Positions 50,471 through 61,636 are shown, counted from the stretch's first letter. The stretch is 64,000 nucleotides of DNA from Alphaproteobacteria bacterium (GCA_963555825.3 CAUVXB020000002.1:3232001-3296000); one strand, 5' to 3'. Numbers and translations: made by a program. Notes: generated from the letters alone by a model not told the origin.

Positions 50471-51163
50471 ATGGTGTTCTCTCTAATGGGTGCGAATGGG
50501 TATAAATTTGCTGAGAATATTGGGCTTCAGCCGGTCAGGGAACAGATAATGAACCCTGAAAAGAAGATACTCCAAGGCGGGTTCATTGGAAAAATGCGAC
50601 TTGATTCCAGCGATTATCGTAAACTCGATAGACCAATAGTATTCATGTGTCGGACGGGGAGCCTTCCATTTTGGATAGTTCCCATGCGGGGTGACAATGC
50701 TGTCTTCCTATCGTGCGGAGGGACAGAGCCGATTGATAAACTTGTAATGAATCCAAAGGAAGCAAATATTCCGTTCGGTTCATTGGTCGGTTGGCTGTCA
50801 CGGAGATTCAATAGTTCTTCTTCGATTGGGGGCACTGTAGGTGAAGAGGGTAATGATTGTTATAGTTCTCTTGCAGGCACTGTTGGTGGTCCTTTCGCCA
50901 CCAGTAAAGGAGGGTGGCTATTTGTTATGGTCTTCCACCAAGAAAAGGATTTCGTGGCGCTACCATACTGGCCAGAGGACGGTCTTCCAACCTCAGATGG
51001 GCTTAACGTGATTGACATGTTCAGCGAGCAGGAGGCTGTCGGGCGGAAATTGGACAAATCTCAGTTGGCGACTACGAATTTTGGATCATGGGCCAGAAAT
51101 CTTTCTGTATCACGCAGACCGATGGATGGTGAGCGAGGGCAGAAGGAAGAATCGGATTCCTAG
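50471..51163 (+). CDS. Hypothetical protein in an AT-richer insert
   Basis: 230-aa ORF; base composition differs from the flanks; start uncertain. Confidence 0.5.
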   Translation: MVFSLMGANGYKFAENIGLQPVREQIMNPEKKILQGGFIGKMRLDSSDYRKLDRPIVFMCRTGSLPFWIVPMRGDNAVFLSCGGTEPIDKLVMNPKEANIPFGSLVGWLSRRFNSSSSIGGTVGEEGNDCYSSLAGTVGGPFATSKGGWLFVMVFHQEKDFVALPYWPEDGLPTSDGLNVIDMFSEQEAVGRKLDKSQLATTNFGSWARNLSVSRRPMDGERGQKEESDS

Positions 51164-51693
51164 ACCGCCGTTGCGGCGGATCGCCGGGATAGTGGTTAGG
51201 TATGTACACGTATCAGCCTGTTCCGGATCGGTGGCGGAGGAATGGGGAGCGTGAGGGGAGGCGCCGAACGGCTGGGAACCGCGGATCAGGTGCCAGGAGA
51301 ATCCGTGGCGCTTTGGTTGAGGGAAACGCCCTCGCAGGGACGGAATGTTACGGCGACGGACTTAACCGGCACGCCGGTCGACTGTGGGAGCGGCATGCGC
51401 GTGGCGGATAGAATCGCATCGTGATGGACAGGGATGGCAAAGAGGAATACGCGGGCGTGTGGGGCGTTGACAGGGGCTTCACCGACAAGAGGCCATGTTG
51501 ACACTGGCCGGTGTGGGCGGGGACGGCGGCGGGTGGGACCGCACGGCAGTCGAGGGCCGGTCGAGCGCGGAATCGCTAGAGATGCCGGGCAGGACGTGCA
51601 CGCGCAGGCGTGCACTGCGACAGGCTCTCGTGACCGCGCGGCCGAGAAGGGGTTCGGCGCAGGTTACCTCAGCGGGCTGCGGTCCATGTAAGG

Positions 51694-52876
51694 ATGACGG
51701 GGATGGATCTTGATCGATCGGCCGCAACGAAGCTCCACGACGTCTTCATCTGTCATGCGAGCGAGGACAAGGACGAGTTCGTCCGTCTGCTGGCGGAAGC
51801 GCTGCGAACCCATCACCTGGAGGTGTGGTACGACGAATTTGCGCTCGAGGTTGGGGACAGTCTGCGCGAGGCGATCGATCGAGGTCTCGCCGCCTCGCAC
51901 TACGGCATAGTCGTGCTCAGTCCGAGTTTCTTTCGCAAGCGCTGGCCGAGGCGCGAGCTGAATGGTTTGGTGGCCCGTGAGATGGCGGAGGACCGCGGGG
52001 TGATCCTGCCGATCTGGCACCATGTGGATCGCGACGAGGTCGTGGCGTTCTCGCCCCCCCTTGCCGATCTTCGCGCGGCGGTATCCGCGTCGGGGATGGC
52101 GAACGTGGTGGGGCAGCTGCTGAAGAAGCTTCAGCCGGACGGCAGTCCGTTGGTGGCAGCAAGGGACATTCTCATTGAGAAGGGACTGTCGCCACCGGTC
52201 GTCACCGATGAGTGGTGGCTCGACATTGTCGAGATCAAGGAAGGCCGGTTTCTGTACCCCGATTTGAATCTGGAATGGCGGTGGATTTTTCCGCTGCCCT
52301 ATCCTGCGGGCTCCCGAGCCGCGGAGCGAGGAGCGAACATCGCCTGGACGGCACTGCAGCTCGATTGGGCGCAGGATGGCAGGGAGCGGAAGATTTGCCA
52401 GTTGACGCACCCGGAATTGGTGCACGATTACCTTCGACAATGGCCCGGTCTTGTCGAATGTGCGCAGGCAAATCCTGCAACGCTGGCACTCTATGCTCCA
52501 CAGCTGACCATTCCGGGATTTGATGGTGAGTTTAGGGAAGCGTTCGACGAACTGACCTCACCGGACAGGACGTCGAGTTGCGATGCGTTTCGCTATGGCG
52601 GGGCAGACACTGTGGACGGCAACCAGCCACTGTGTGGAGACTTTGTCGCCTGGCGGCATCCGACCTACGGCAACTATACGCCGGGCGAGATGAGCTACGA
52701 GTTCGTGAATTGCCACGACGGATCCTACTCCCGTCAGGTCTTCAATGGCTTCCAGTGCCTGATATGGCTGCTGTGCGACGAGTCGCGGTGGATGCCTGAA
52801 GAGCTGAGGGAGACGCTCAAGCGTGGCTTCAGAGAACGGGTGTCGTGGTGGGTGAACGAGGGTGCTGTCAACTTAA
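51694..52876 (+). pseudogene. TIR-domain protein with an unknown C-terminal domain, truncated by IS1380
   Basis: HDVFICHASEDK, VWYDEF, GDSL, VVLSPSFF, WPRRE; last codons run into the IS1380 end. Confidence 0.85.
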
Positions 52877-54518
52877 CCGACATTTCCCAGATAGCCTTCA
52901 AATCCATGGCAATCATACTCAAATTGCGCCACCGTTGTAATGGCTTTCCCTCCGCAGCCGTCCGATAGCCTGATTTTGGTGAGTTGGCCGTGCCCGGAAG
53001 GCCCTTTTCCCATATTTTCCGCCATCCAGGCGTACCTCCCCCGCACTTTTCACCTCGCCGTCGATTCCCTCGGCCTACGCCGGAACGGGTTTTCGTCGTA
53101 GATCATCAATCAGGCTCAGGATTTTCCGGAACAGTTCCCTCGGCACCGCCACCTCGGCTAATTGGAACGTGACGTACCGGCCATGGCTGACCACTTTCGC
53201 ACCGATCTTGACCAGCTTCTCCCGTAGCGTGGTCAGAGACCAGTGTTCCACCTCCTTCGGCAAGGCCAACGTCCGCATGAAGTTGGCAAGATTGTAGGCC
53301 AGGGCGTGAAGCTGGAGCCGGACGGCGTTGTCGTGGAACTTCCGGCATGACAGCCGGGTCCATTTGATCGCGCACTTGCCTTCCTTGATGTACTGCTCCG
53401 CTTTGCCCCGCTGATTGTAGAAGGCCACCACCCGCTCGGCTGGCCGCGACAGGTTGGTGACGATGTAGCCGACACGGGGAACCAGCTCGCCGGGGTGCCA
53501 TTCCACCTTGGCCACCACGCGCCGCTTCCTGTCCCAGCTTCCGGCCTGATAGCTGAAACTGGCGTAATAGCGCCGCACATGGTTCGGCGGTCGGCCAACA
53601 GGTCGCGTGAGCAGATGGCCGATGCTTTCCTGGAGAACCTTGTTGGCTTTGAGGCGGATCGCGTACAGGAAGCCCTCGGCTTCGAGGTAATCGTAAATCT
53701 CCGGCGAGGCGAAGGCGGCATCGCCCCGGAAATACAGTCGTACCTTCCGACCCTTATAGCGAACGACAACCGGCTTCAACACGCCTTCCCAGTCATCGGC
53801 ACTGTGGACGTTGCCGGGACGGAGGGAACTCCGTTCCAGATCGCCGAACTGGTTGAACAGGAATAGAGGGTGGTAGCAAGTGCATCCAAAGTGTCCGTTG
53901 TAGGCCGTTCCTTCCTGGTCGCCGTGGGTCGGGCTGACGCTGCTGTCCATGTCGAGAATGATCTTCGTCGGCGGGTGCCGGTCATGAACCTTGTCGATCC
54001 ATTGCCCGGAAAGATTGGCCAAGGCTTCAACGTTCGCGTTGGTGGCCAGAACCTCCGTCTCGAAGCGCCCCATCTGACTGGTCGAGGCTGCCTGTTTCGT
54101 GACAGCATGGCCGCCGACGATCCATCGCATGACCGGGTCGAGGCTGAGCCGGTCGGCATCGTTCACGTCGTCGTACCCCCCAAGGCGTCCGAAAACGGAC
54201 TGGCGGAACTGCCCGACAAGACCGTGGCGACCGTTCTTCCCACGACGGGTATCCGTGAGTACGTCCCCGGCAATCTCGCTCAGTCCGACCGCATCGTCCA
54301 GTTCCCGGTACGGCAACAACCCAGCGTCGGAAGTGACCTTGGAACCGTGGAAATCCAGCTTCAGCCGACGGTCAAAACCGAGCCTCAAAACCCCTGCTTC
54401 CCTTTCACCCATCGGGTGAGCCATATCAACACCCCAAATCTGCCTATAACGTAATGATTCTTATACCAGAATCCGGGTACGATGTCGTCAAATCACAGGG
54501 TCATCTGGGCAATGCGGG
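52877..54518 (-). mobile_element. IS1380-family element with intact transposase (53075-54424)
   Basis: Ends ccgacatttcccagat / atctgggcaatgcggg; paralogue of 44028-45379. Confidence 0.92.
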
Positions 54519-54742
54519 CTAGTGTCTACGTGCGAGCGTGTGGTCCTGGCCTGATGCGAGTCATTGTTGCGGCGGCTGGTTGCCGTGAGGCATTATCGCG
54601 CCATGGATGACGACGCGCGATTTGCCGAACTTCACGGGATCGTAGGCGATCTCCGCTGCATCGACGAACTACTGCGCGATGGCTTCCATATCGGAAGCGA
54701 TGGCAAGCGCCGTGACGGTTGGTCTATTGTGTGCCTATCCGC

Positions 54743-56149
54743 TGTCGATAACAAACTGAATTGACCGGTTTATGTACCATATGATTTGACCGCTTCTGTT
54801 GTGGATGTTGGCTCTGTGGGGAAGTGGTCAGGTCGGCGCAGCCGAGCTGTCCACTTATCCACAGAGCGCCGGCCGGTCGCGTCGAAGCGGATCACGCGGC
54901 CCGCCTTTTGCTGCTTTCGATCGGCGTGCCGTCTTTCTTGTAGCGGGCCAGGCAGCACGGGCCATGGAAGACGGCAAGGTCGCCGTCGGGATATTCGTGC
55001 ACACTCACTTTGGCCTTGACGTAGTGGTGGCGATGGCGGCCTGCCGGGATCTGCAGGCTCAAGTTCTTGTAGCGCACCGTGTTGTCATTGCCGACCACAC
55101 GGTCCTCCTGCACACAGAGGATGTCCGCCAGGTTGCCGGCGAACGGCACGAAGGCGGAGCCTGTGTCCTCGGCCGGCCGGGCGAAGCGGGCATTGTGGGC
55201 CGGCAGGAAGTCCTCTTTCAGGAACCGGTTGGCGGCTGCCATATCGGTGATGCCGGCGAGCTCGAGTTCCTGCGGCAGGCGTTTCTGCAGGGTGCCGAAC
55301 ATGCGCTCCGAGCGGCCCCGGGCCTCCGGCGAATAGGCCGGGATCAGCTCAATACCGAGTTGCTGCAGGGCACGTCCGACCTGGGTTGGATTGTCCTTGT
55401 CGACCTTGCCGCCGGCCTCCGGCGTGTGCCAATAGTGCGAGGCCCGGTCTGCATAAAGCGAGCAGAACAGCCCCATGGCCGACCCCACCTCCAGCAGCGC
55501 CACAAAGCTCGACATGGTGCCCTCCTCGGCGACGAAGAAGGCGGAATAGATCTCCGAAGTGGCATCGTCCATGGTCACGATCAGGTCCCAGTACTGACCC
55601 GGCACCCATTGGTGCGCGGAGCCGTCCTGGTGCAACATCATGCCGACCATCGGCCGGCGCGGCCGCTTGCGGCGGTGCACGCCGCGCCGCGGCGCCGGCG
55701 CGATCCGGCCGTGCGCCTGGAGCGTCAGCCGCACCCAGTTGTAACTGCGCGTGACGTCGTGCTTTGCAACCAGCTTCTCCCAGAAGTGCCAGGCGGTGAA
55801 ATGCCGGTACCTGGTATCGAACAGATCCAACAGTGCCACCACCTCGTCGACCCCGGCGCGGCGCGCGGAAACCCGACCCAGGCGGCGGTCGTAAAGACCC
55901 TCCGCGCCCTCGGCCTCAAAGCGATCGCGCCAGCGTCGGAACGTGCGCTCGGACATGCCCAGGATCTCGGCTGCCTCCAGCTGGCTCAACTCACCCCTGT
56001 AGGTGCGTCCGTAAACCTCATCGAACTTCATCAATCTCAACCCCTGTAACTGCTCTGTCCGGCGCATCAGCTCCGCCACTTTCTGGAGGAGTTCTAATGC
56101 CAGACAGATCATTTGTTACATTGACCGGCCATATCACGTGTTATCGACA
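54743..56149 (-). mobile_element. ISNCY/IS1202-like element (transposase 54892-56067)
   Basis: Ends tgtcgataaca / tgttatcgaca; LHQDGS, MDDATS, YADRASHY, ARGRSERMF. Confidence 0.88.
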
Positions 56150-56260
56150 GTTGCGGCCTCGCCGTTTTTGCCGAATCCCTTGCTCATTCCGGTGCCGCCC
56201 TTCGTGGCCATGCGGATGCGCGCGCAGCCGTGCATTTGCAGCGGGGCTTGCCAAGAGCCT

Positions 56261-56746
56261 TCATTCGGCCGATGGCGCGTCCGTCGCGAGCCACCGCGCG
56301 AGCGCCTTGCCGGGGTCGGCGATCTCCTCGACCGAGCCGTACCACCAGGCCTCCCAACCCGCCTCCGGCAGGCCGGTGAACACCATCAGGTTCAGCGGAT
56401 AGGCTTCACTGTCGGTGCAGCGGCGAAAATCGTCACGGAACAGGAATACGGGCTTTCCCCAGGCGATCGCCATGCCAAGCTCCACCATCACCCCCTCGTC
56501 CGGAGGACAGCCGTTGACCACCGCAAACAGCCCGTCCGCCTCGCGCACGTCGCGAAGGTCGGCCTGCCCGATCCGCCAGGCCCAGCCGGTGCCCGCCCGG
56601 TCGATCTGGTTGTTGCGGGCGAACGGTTCCCAGATCTCCGCGCCCATCGCCTCCAGGGCAGCCACCAGCGCCGTCAGCGGGCCGCCGCGCTGCTGCGCGG
56701 AAAATCCGTAGGGGTTGGCCAGATACAGGGTCTTGCGCGATGTCAT
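56261..56746 (-). CDS. Nucleoside 2-deoxyribosyltransferase-like protein
   Basis: YLANPYGFS, DLRDVREADG, PDEGVMVELG, NLMVF. Confidence 0.85.
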   Translation of the reverse strand: MTSRKTLYLANPYGFSAQQRGGPLTALVAALEAMGAEIWEPFARNNQIDRAGTGWAWRIGQADLRDVREADGLFAVVNGCPPDEGVMVELGMAIAWGKPVFLFRDDFRRCTDSEAYPLNLMVFTGLPEAGWEAWWYGSVEEIADPGKALARWLATDAPSAE

Positions 56747-57219
56747 GCCGCGCAGCGTAGCACCGCGCCGTGGCGCTGTCCGCCTCTCTGCCCGTGCCGC
56801 TTGCGGACCTCATCGTACCGATCGAAGTGCGCGGACCAGCCCGTGAAGGGATCGAAGCGATCGAGCGAACGCATTTCCGAATCGCTCAGCGACAACGCGA
56901 GCATTCCGGATATCGACGGTGTCGCGGGGGTTGAGCTGCTCATGTCGCGCCTTCTCCTCGCGGGCGTTCGAGCAGCTCATCCACCTGGCGGGCTGCCGGA
57001 CGCGCCTGTCCCTCCCAAAAACTCAAACCGGTGGCTGACAACGGGGAACTTGTGTCCTCGCGTGGAAGGGGACGAGCAGATTCGATGTCAGGATAAAAGG
57101 GTCCTGCGCCGACAGGTGCCATGCGCCAGTCGATCCTACATCTCCGCGCTTGCCGGCCACAGGGACGGAACCCGCCAGCGGAGCGATGTGATTGTTGTCC
57201 GCAGTGGTGAGATCGGCGT

Positions 57220-57797
57220 TCAGGCGGCGAGTCGCTCGTAACGATGGTGGAGTCCGCCAACCTGTGGGAGGGCGATGATCTTGCCTGCTTTGGCGCTCTC
57301 GACCGGCCGGGGGACAGGGCAGAGACAAGTGAGTGCGAGAGCGGTGTCAATTGCGACTGAAAATTTCCCATTTTTGTCGATCGCTATGTCGTTTACGTGG
57401 CATCCTGACCTTGACCTGCTTCCCGGGATATGGACCACGGATAGTGAGAAAACTCTCGGTTGCGCCATGCCCTGGAGGTGTCCAAAGCCGGTAAGGAGAA
57501 GTTGAAGGCCCGGCTCGCCAAGCTTCGGGCGGCCGGGGCGATGCTGTCGAAGCTGCCGTCCGACGAGGCTGCCCAACTGCGCGCGGCGTTGAGGCGATCG
57601 CGGCGCCAGAAGACGACGATCGAGGCGCTGCGCAAGGAGACCCGGAAAGGTTCGGGGAGCGAGCCGTGAAGAGGTCGAATTTCAGCGAACAGCAGATTGC
57701 GTTCATACTGCGCCAGGCGGAGGAAGGAACGAGCGTCGAGGAGGTTTGCCGCAAGGCGGGGATTTCTCAGCAGACCTATTACTGAACGAACACTTAC
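57220..57797. mobile_element. Cluster of IS fragments: rve C-terminus, IS21-type end, IS66 coiled-coil piece, IS3 orfA start, IS66 right end
   Basis: GKIIALPQVGGLHHRYERLAA* (minus, from 57220); tgtcaattgcgactgaaaatttccc (~57346); AKLRAAGAMLSK (57460-57640); MKRSNFSEQQIAFILRQAEEG (57666); ctgaacgaacacttac (57782-57797). Confidence 0.65.
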
Positions 57798-57812
57798 CTG
57801 GGGGCCTGGGGG

Positions 57813-57947
57813 GTAAGTGTTCGGCGAAGCCGTGATGGTTCGGGCGGGCGGAGGCGGAGAACGGCCGCGTTGACCGGAAACCCGCCGGCTGCGGCCCCCG
57901 ACCTCGCGCGCCAGCCGGACAATTCCACGGCTTCGCCGAACACTTAC
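57813..57947. mobile_element. 135-bp IS66-derived MITE
   Basis: Perfect 22-bp IR gtaagtgttcggcgaagccgtg; 8-bp duplication cctggggg at 57805-57812 and 57948-57955. Confidence 0.88.
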
Positions 57948-58118
57948 CCTGGGGGAGGAGCTCGGCGACGACCCCTCCTACCCGGCCCCCATTACGACGA
58001 CAGACATGCGCTGTGATTGCATTCCTCGTGATTCCCAATAGATTCCCAACATGCTATGCTTGCTAGGTTGCCGGAATCAAAAACCCCCGGAAAAATTATT
58101 GTTTACAGGGGTTTATGT

Positions 58119-58163
58119 TGGTTGCGGGGGTTGGATTTGAACCAACGACCTTCAGGTTATGAG
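58119..58163 (-). other. 3' half of tRNA-Met(CAT), an att-site duplication
   Basis: Minus strand ctcataacctgaaggtcgttggttcaaatccaacccccgcaacca has the anticodon loop, T arm and CCA; 5' half absent; next to an integrase. Confidence 0.88.
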
Positions 58164-58352
58164 TCTCGTTACATATGGCAGACAGGGGTGCGCACACGTG
58201 CGCAGGAGTATGATAAATCGCAGTATTACACGGCATTCGGAGATTCTCTCTACGACAGACGTACACAGGGATGCGCTCTGGTTTACCTGAAAGTGTTTGC
58301 CAATAGTTAGCCATGGTGATACAGGTTCCCTCTCCCGTCAAGGAGCAATGCC

Positions 58353-59540
58353 GTGGCAAACCGCATCCCCCGTATCTCCAAGCGCTCGGTCGATGCCGTC
58401 AAGGCCGGTGGGACGGATGCCGTCTATTGGGATGGAGAACTCACCGGATTCGGCCTGCGTGTTCGGCGCTCGGGACGCAAGAGCTACGTCGTCCAGACCC
58501 GCATCGCCGGGAAACTATGCTGGTTCACCATCGGCCCTCACGGACCGCTGAACCCGGATCAGGCGCGCGCCCGCGCGCTGGAGATATTGGCTTGTGCGAA
58601 GAAAGGCATCGATCCACGCGACGCAGACGCCCGACGCGAGGCTGAGCCAAGCATGGCTGATCTCGGGCGCAGGTTCCTGGAGGAATATGTCCCGGTCCAC
58701 TGCAAACCGAGCACCCGGGAAGAGTACAGCCGTTCGGTGAGGCTGTTTGTCGACCCCGTGATCGGGGAGTTGCGGGTTCCAGAGGTGCAGCGCAAGGACA
58801 TTGCCGCACTGCATCACGGCCTGCGGGACAAGCCCTATCAGGCCAACCGGACGCTCGGGGTGCTGTCCAAGATGTTCTCCCTCGCCGAAGTCTGGGGCTG
58901 GCGCCCCGACGGCTCCAATCCCTGCCGGCATGTCAAGCGCTACAAGGAGCACAAGCGGGAGCGGTTCCTGTCGCCGGAAGAGACCGAGCGGTTGGGCCAG
59001 GTCCTGCGCGATGTCGAGGAAGAGATGCCCTCGGCAGTAGCCGCCTTCCGCCTGCTTCTGCTGACGGGCTGCCGGATGTCGGAAATCCGGGATCTCCGCT
59101 GGGAGTACGTTAAGGACGACTGTATCGAGCTTCCCGATGCCAAGACCGGCGGACGGGTGGTGCCACTGGGTCCCGAAGCCCGCGCGGTGTTGTCATCCAT
59201 TCCCCGTGACGAGGACAATCCCTGGGTCATCGCGGGCCGCCTCCCCGGCTCTCACCTCACCGATCTGCAACGCCCATGGCGGCGCATCCGCAAGCAGGCG
59301 GGCCTTGAGGGCGTGCGGATCCACGATTTGCGCCACAGCTTTGCCTCGCGCGCGCTGGCTCTCGGCGAAAGCCTGACTATGATTGGGAAACTGCTCGGGC
59401 ACACCCAGGTGCAAACGACTGCCCGCTATGCCCACCTCGCCAGGGACTCCATCCAGACCGCCGCCGCCCGCATCACCGGAAGCATCGGCGGAAATCTCTT
59501 GGGTGATCACGAAAAGAATCGTGCTCTCACCCAGGGATGA
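58353..59540 (+). CDS. Tyrosine integrase (P4-like) next to the tRNA-Met att site
   Basis: WDGELTGFG, LTGCRMSE, DAKTG, HDLRH, LGH, TARY. Confidence 0.92.
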   Translation: MANRIPRISKRSVDAVKAGGTDAVYWDGELTGFGLRVRRSGRKSYVVQTRIAGKLCWFTIGPHGPLNPDQARARALEILACAKKGIDPRDADARREAEPSMADLGRRFLEEYVPVHCKPSTREEYSRSVRLFVDPVIGELRVPEVQRKDIAALHHGLRDKPYQANRTLGVLSKMFSLAEVWGWRPDGSNPCRHVKRYKEHKRERFLSPEETERLGQVLRDVEEEMPSAVAAFRLLLLTGCRMSEIRDLRWEYVKDDCIELPDAKTGGRVVPLGPEARAVLSSIPRDEDNPWVIAGRLPGSHLTDLQRPWRRIRKQAGLEGVRIHDLRHSFASRALALGESLTMIGKLLGHTQVQTTARYAHLARDSIQTAAARITGSIGGNLLGDHEKNRALTQG

Positions 59541-59560
59541 GGCACTCGGTGTTTGCTCCT

Positions 59561-59866
59561 TTACTTGCCGAGCGCCCGCACGACAGCTTCCGGATCACTG
59601 TCGATGACAGTCAGTAAGACACGGGCGGCACGATCCGGAACGCGGCGGCCTTGTTCCCAATCCTGCAAGGCGCGCGCATCGAGACCAAAACGATCCGCGA
59701 ACTTCTGACGGCTCAGCCCCAAGCGTTTGCGAAGCGCGAGGATCCGCTCGGCGGCAGGGTCGTCGACGAACCGGCACGGCAGATCAACCTCGCCGCGCAC
59801 ATGGGCAAGAACCTCGCTCAGTGCCGCCTCGACCTCGCGACCGACCTGAGTTCGTTCCATATTCAT
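59561..59866 (-). CDS. higA: HigA-like Xre-HTH antitoxin
   Basis: LGLSRQKFADRFGLDARALQDWEQGRRVP; coupled downstream of the toxin. Confidence 0.85.
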   Translation of the reverse strand: MNMERTQVGREVEAALSEVLAHVRGEVDLPCRFVDDPAAERILALRKRLGLSRQKFADRFGLDARALQDWEQGRRVPDRAARVLLTVIDSDPEAVVRALGK

Positions 59867-60195
59867 TCCGTCCCCCTTTTCTTGATTGCGGTCACCAGCC
59901 GTGACAGCACTTTCTTGTCCGCCGAGGTCAGATCGTCGCGATCTGCCTTAGCGTAAGCCGTCAGCAAATAGATAGCTTCCGGGCCGGAATGGTAGAAGTA
60001 GATTGTCCGTATGCCGCCCCGCTTGCCCCGGCCGGAACCCGCCCATCGCAATTTGCGAATGCCTCCCGTTCCCCGAATGACCGGCGCTTCGTCAGGGTCG
60101 GCGGCGATCGCCGCCTCCATTTCCTTCCGGGCTTCCTCCGAGATCAACTTGCGAATGGCCCGTTCATAAGTGCGGGTAACGAAGAGCTGCATCAA
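59863..60195 (-). CDS. higB: HigB/RelE-like toxin
   Basis: IRGTGGIRKLRW, GKRGGIRTIY, YAKADRDDL. Confidence 0.88.
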   Translation of the reverse strand: MMQLFVTRTYERAIRKLISEEARKEMEAAIAADPDEAPVIRGTGGIRKLRWAGSGRGKRGGIRTIYFYHSGPEAIYLLTAYAKADRDDLTSADKKVLSRLVTAIKKRGTE

Positions 60196-60349
60196 CGCCC
60201 AATATGCGGCAATGCCGCATATAATTCAAGCGCCCATTTCGTCGATGCGGTCTACCGGACGTCGGCATAGGCCCGGAGGCACATGAACATCGCTCAGGCC
60301 GCATAAATGAAGAATGCCTGTCTGGGTTTTGGGCGCAACGTCACTTAAG

Positions 60350-60435
60350 GCGGCGCCGCCCGGCGACATGTAGCCCTCGCCCCAGACGATCTGCTGGCCG
60401 GTGAAGTCGGCCTCGGTGTAATCGCCGTCGCCCAT
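60350..60435 (-). pseudogene. 5' fragment of a SAM-dependent methyltransferase
   Basis: MGDGDYTEADFTGQQIVWGEGYMSPGG resembles phosphoethanolamine N-methyltransferase N-termini. Confidence 0.5.
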
Positions 60436-60539
60436 GACCACCACTATAGCGCCGGCACGCGCGCGTGCATTTTTGTGTTGACGCGGGGCCGGCTCTCGAT
60501 GACGGTGGCGCGAGAGACGCCGGACAAGCGGGGTGCGCC

Positions 60540-61391
60540 ATGGGCAAGCATCTGTCGGACGCGGAGCTGCGCCGCTATCACGACGACGGTTTCGTCTTTC
60601 CGATCGACATCCTGAACCCGCGGGAGGCGCTCGACTGCCGCCGCCGGCTCGAGGCGTTCGAGGCCGAGCACGGCAAGATGAAATACGCCATGAAGCCGTA
60701 TCTGACGATGCTGCTCGCCGACGAGTTGGCGCATCACCCGGCGCTGCTCGACGCGGCCGAGGACGTCATCGGGCCGAACCTTCTGTTGTGGGACGGCGCC
60801 TTCATCATCAAAGAGCCCCATGACGACCGCTTCATCAGCTGGCACCAGGACCTGACCTATTGGGGCGTCGAGCCGGCCGAGGGTGTCGTCTCGGTGTGGC
60901 TGGCGCTCTCGCCAGTCGGGCCCGAGAACGGTGGCATGCGCGTCATTCCGGGCAGCCACGCGCAGGACATTCTGCCGCACGCGGACACCTTCGAGGCCGA
61001 CAACTTGTTGAGCCGGGGTCAGACCATCGCCGCCGAGATCGACGAGGACAGCGCGGTCGATATGCGGCTCGCGCCGGGTCAGATGTCGCTGCATCACGGC
61101 CGCGTCGTGCACGGCTCGAACCCGAGCCATTCCGACGAGCGGCGCATCGGCCTCAACTTCCAGTTCATCGCGCCCGAGGTGCGCCAGACCGCGATCGACA
61201 ACGACATGGCGTTGCTGGTGCGCGGCGCCGACACTTGCGGCCATTTCGAGCCCGAGGCGCGGCCGGCCGCCGATCTCGATCCGGCGGCGCTGGCGCTGGT
61301 CGCCGAGATCGCGCGGCGCCGCCACAAGCTACTGTTCCGCGGCGCCGAGGCCGACGAGGCCGAACTTAACCGCCGCTACGGCGCCGCCTGA
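60540..61391 (+). CDS. PhyH-family Fe(II)/2-oxoglutarate dioxygenase
   Basis: SWHQDLTYW, VWLALS, GGMRVIPGSH, HGSNP...RRIG. Confidence 0.9.
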   Translation: MGKHLSDAELRRYHDDGFVFPIDILNPREALDCRRRLEAFEAEHGKMKYAMKPYLTMLLADELAHHPALLDAAEDVIGPNLLLWDGAFIIKEPHDDRFISWHQDLTYWGVEPAEGVVSVWLALSPVGPENGGMRVIPGSHAQDILPHADTFEADNLLSRGQTIAAEIDEDSAVDMRLAPGQMSLHHGRVVHGSNPSHSDERRIGLNFQFIAPEVRQTAIDNDMALLVRGADTCGHFEPEARPAADLDPAALALVAEIARRRHKLLFRGAEADEAELNRRYGAA

Positions 61392-61636
61392 GCCGGCACC
61401 TCGCCAGGCGCAGGTGCCCCGCGCAATCAAGGAGGCGTATGCACCAATTAAGGAGACCAATTAAGGGGACGTGATACTTAATTATTGGTAACTACCCAGG
61501 TACCCCGCTCCTGACCGCGAGAGGATGATGTAGGTGGTCGCCGGGGCCGGGTTTCCGCCGCCGCGTCGTTGATCGTCTCTTGACTCCATAGAATCGGGCG
61601 TCTATGGGTTGCGCTCTCGTGTGACGGGAGCGGCGC

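Noticed and set aside
54720-56170. dif/XerCD-like target or long target duplication at the IS1202-like element
   Set aside because: Neither is visible in the flanks
58119-58163. Functional tRNA-Met gene
   Set aside because: The 5' acceptor strand and D arm are missing
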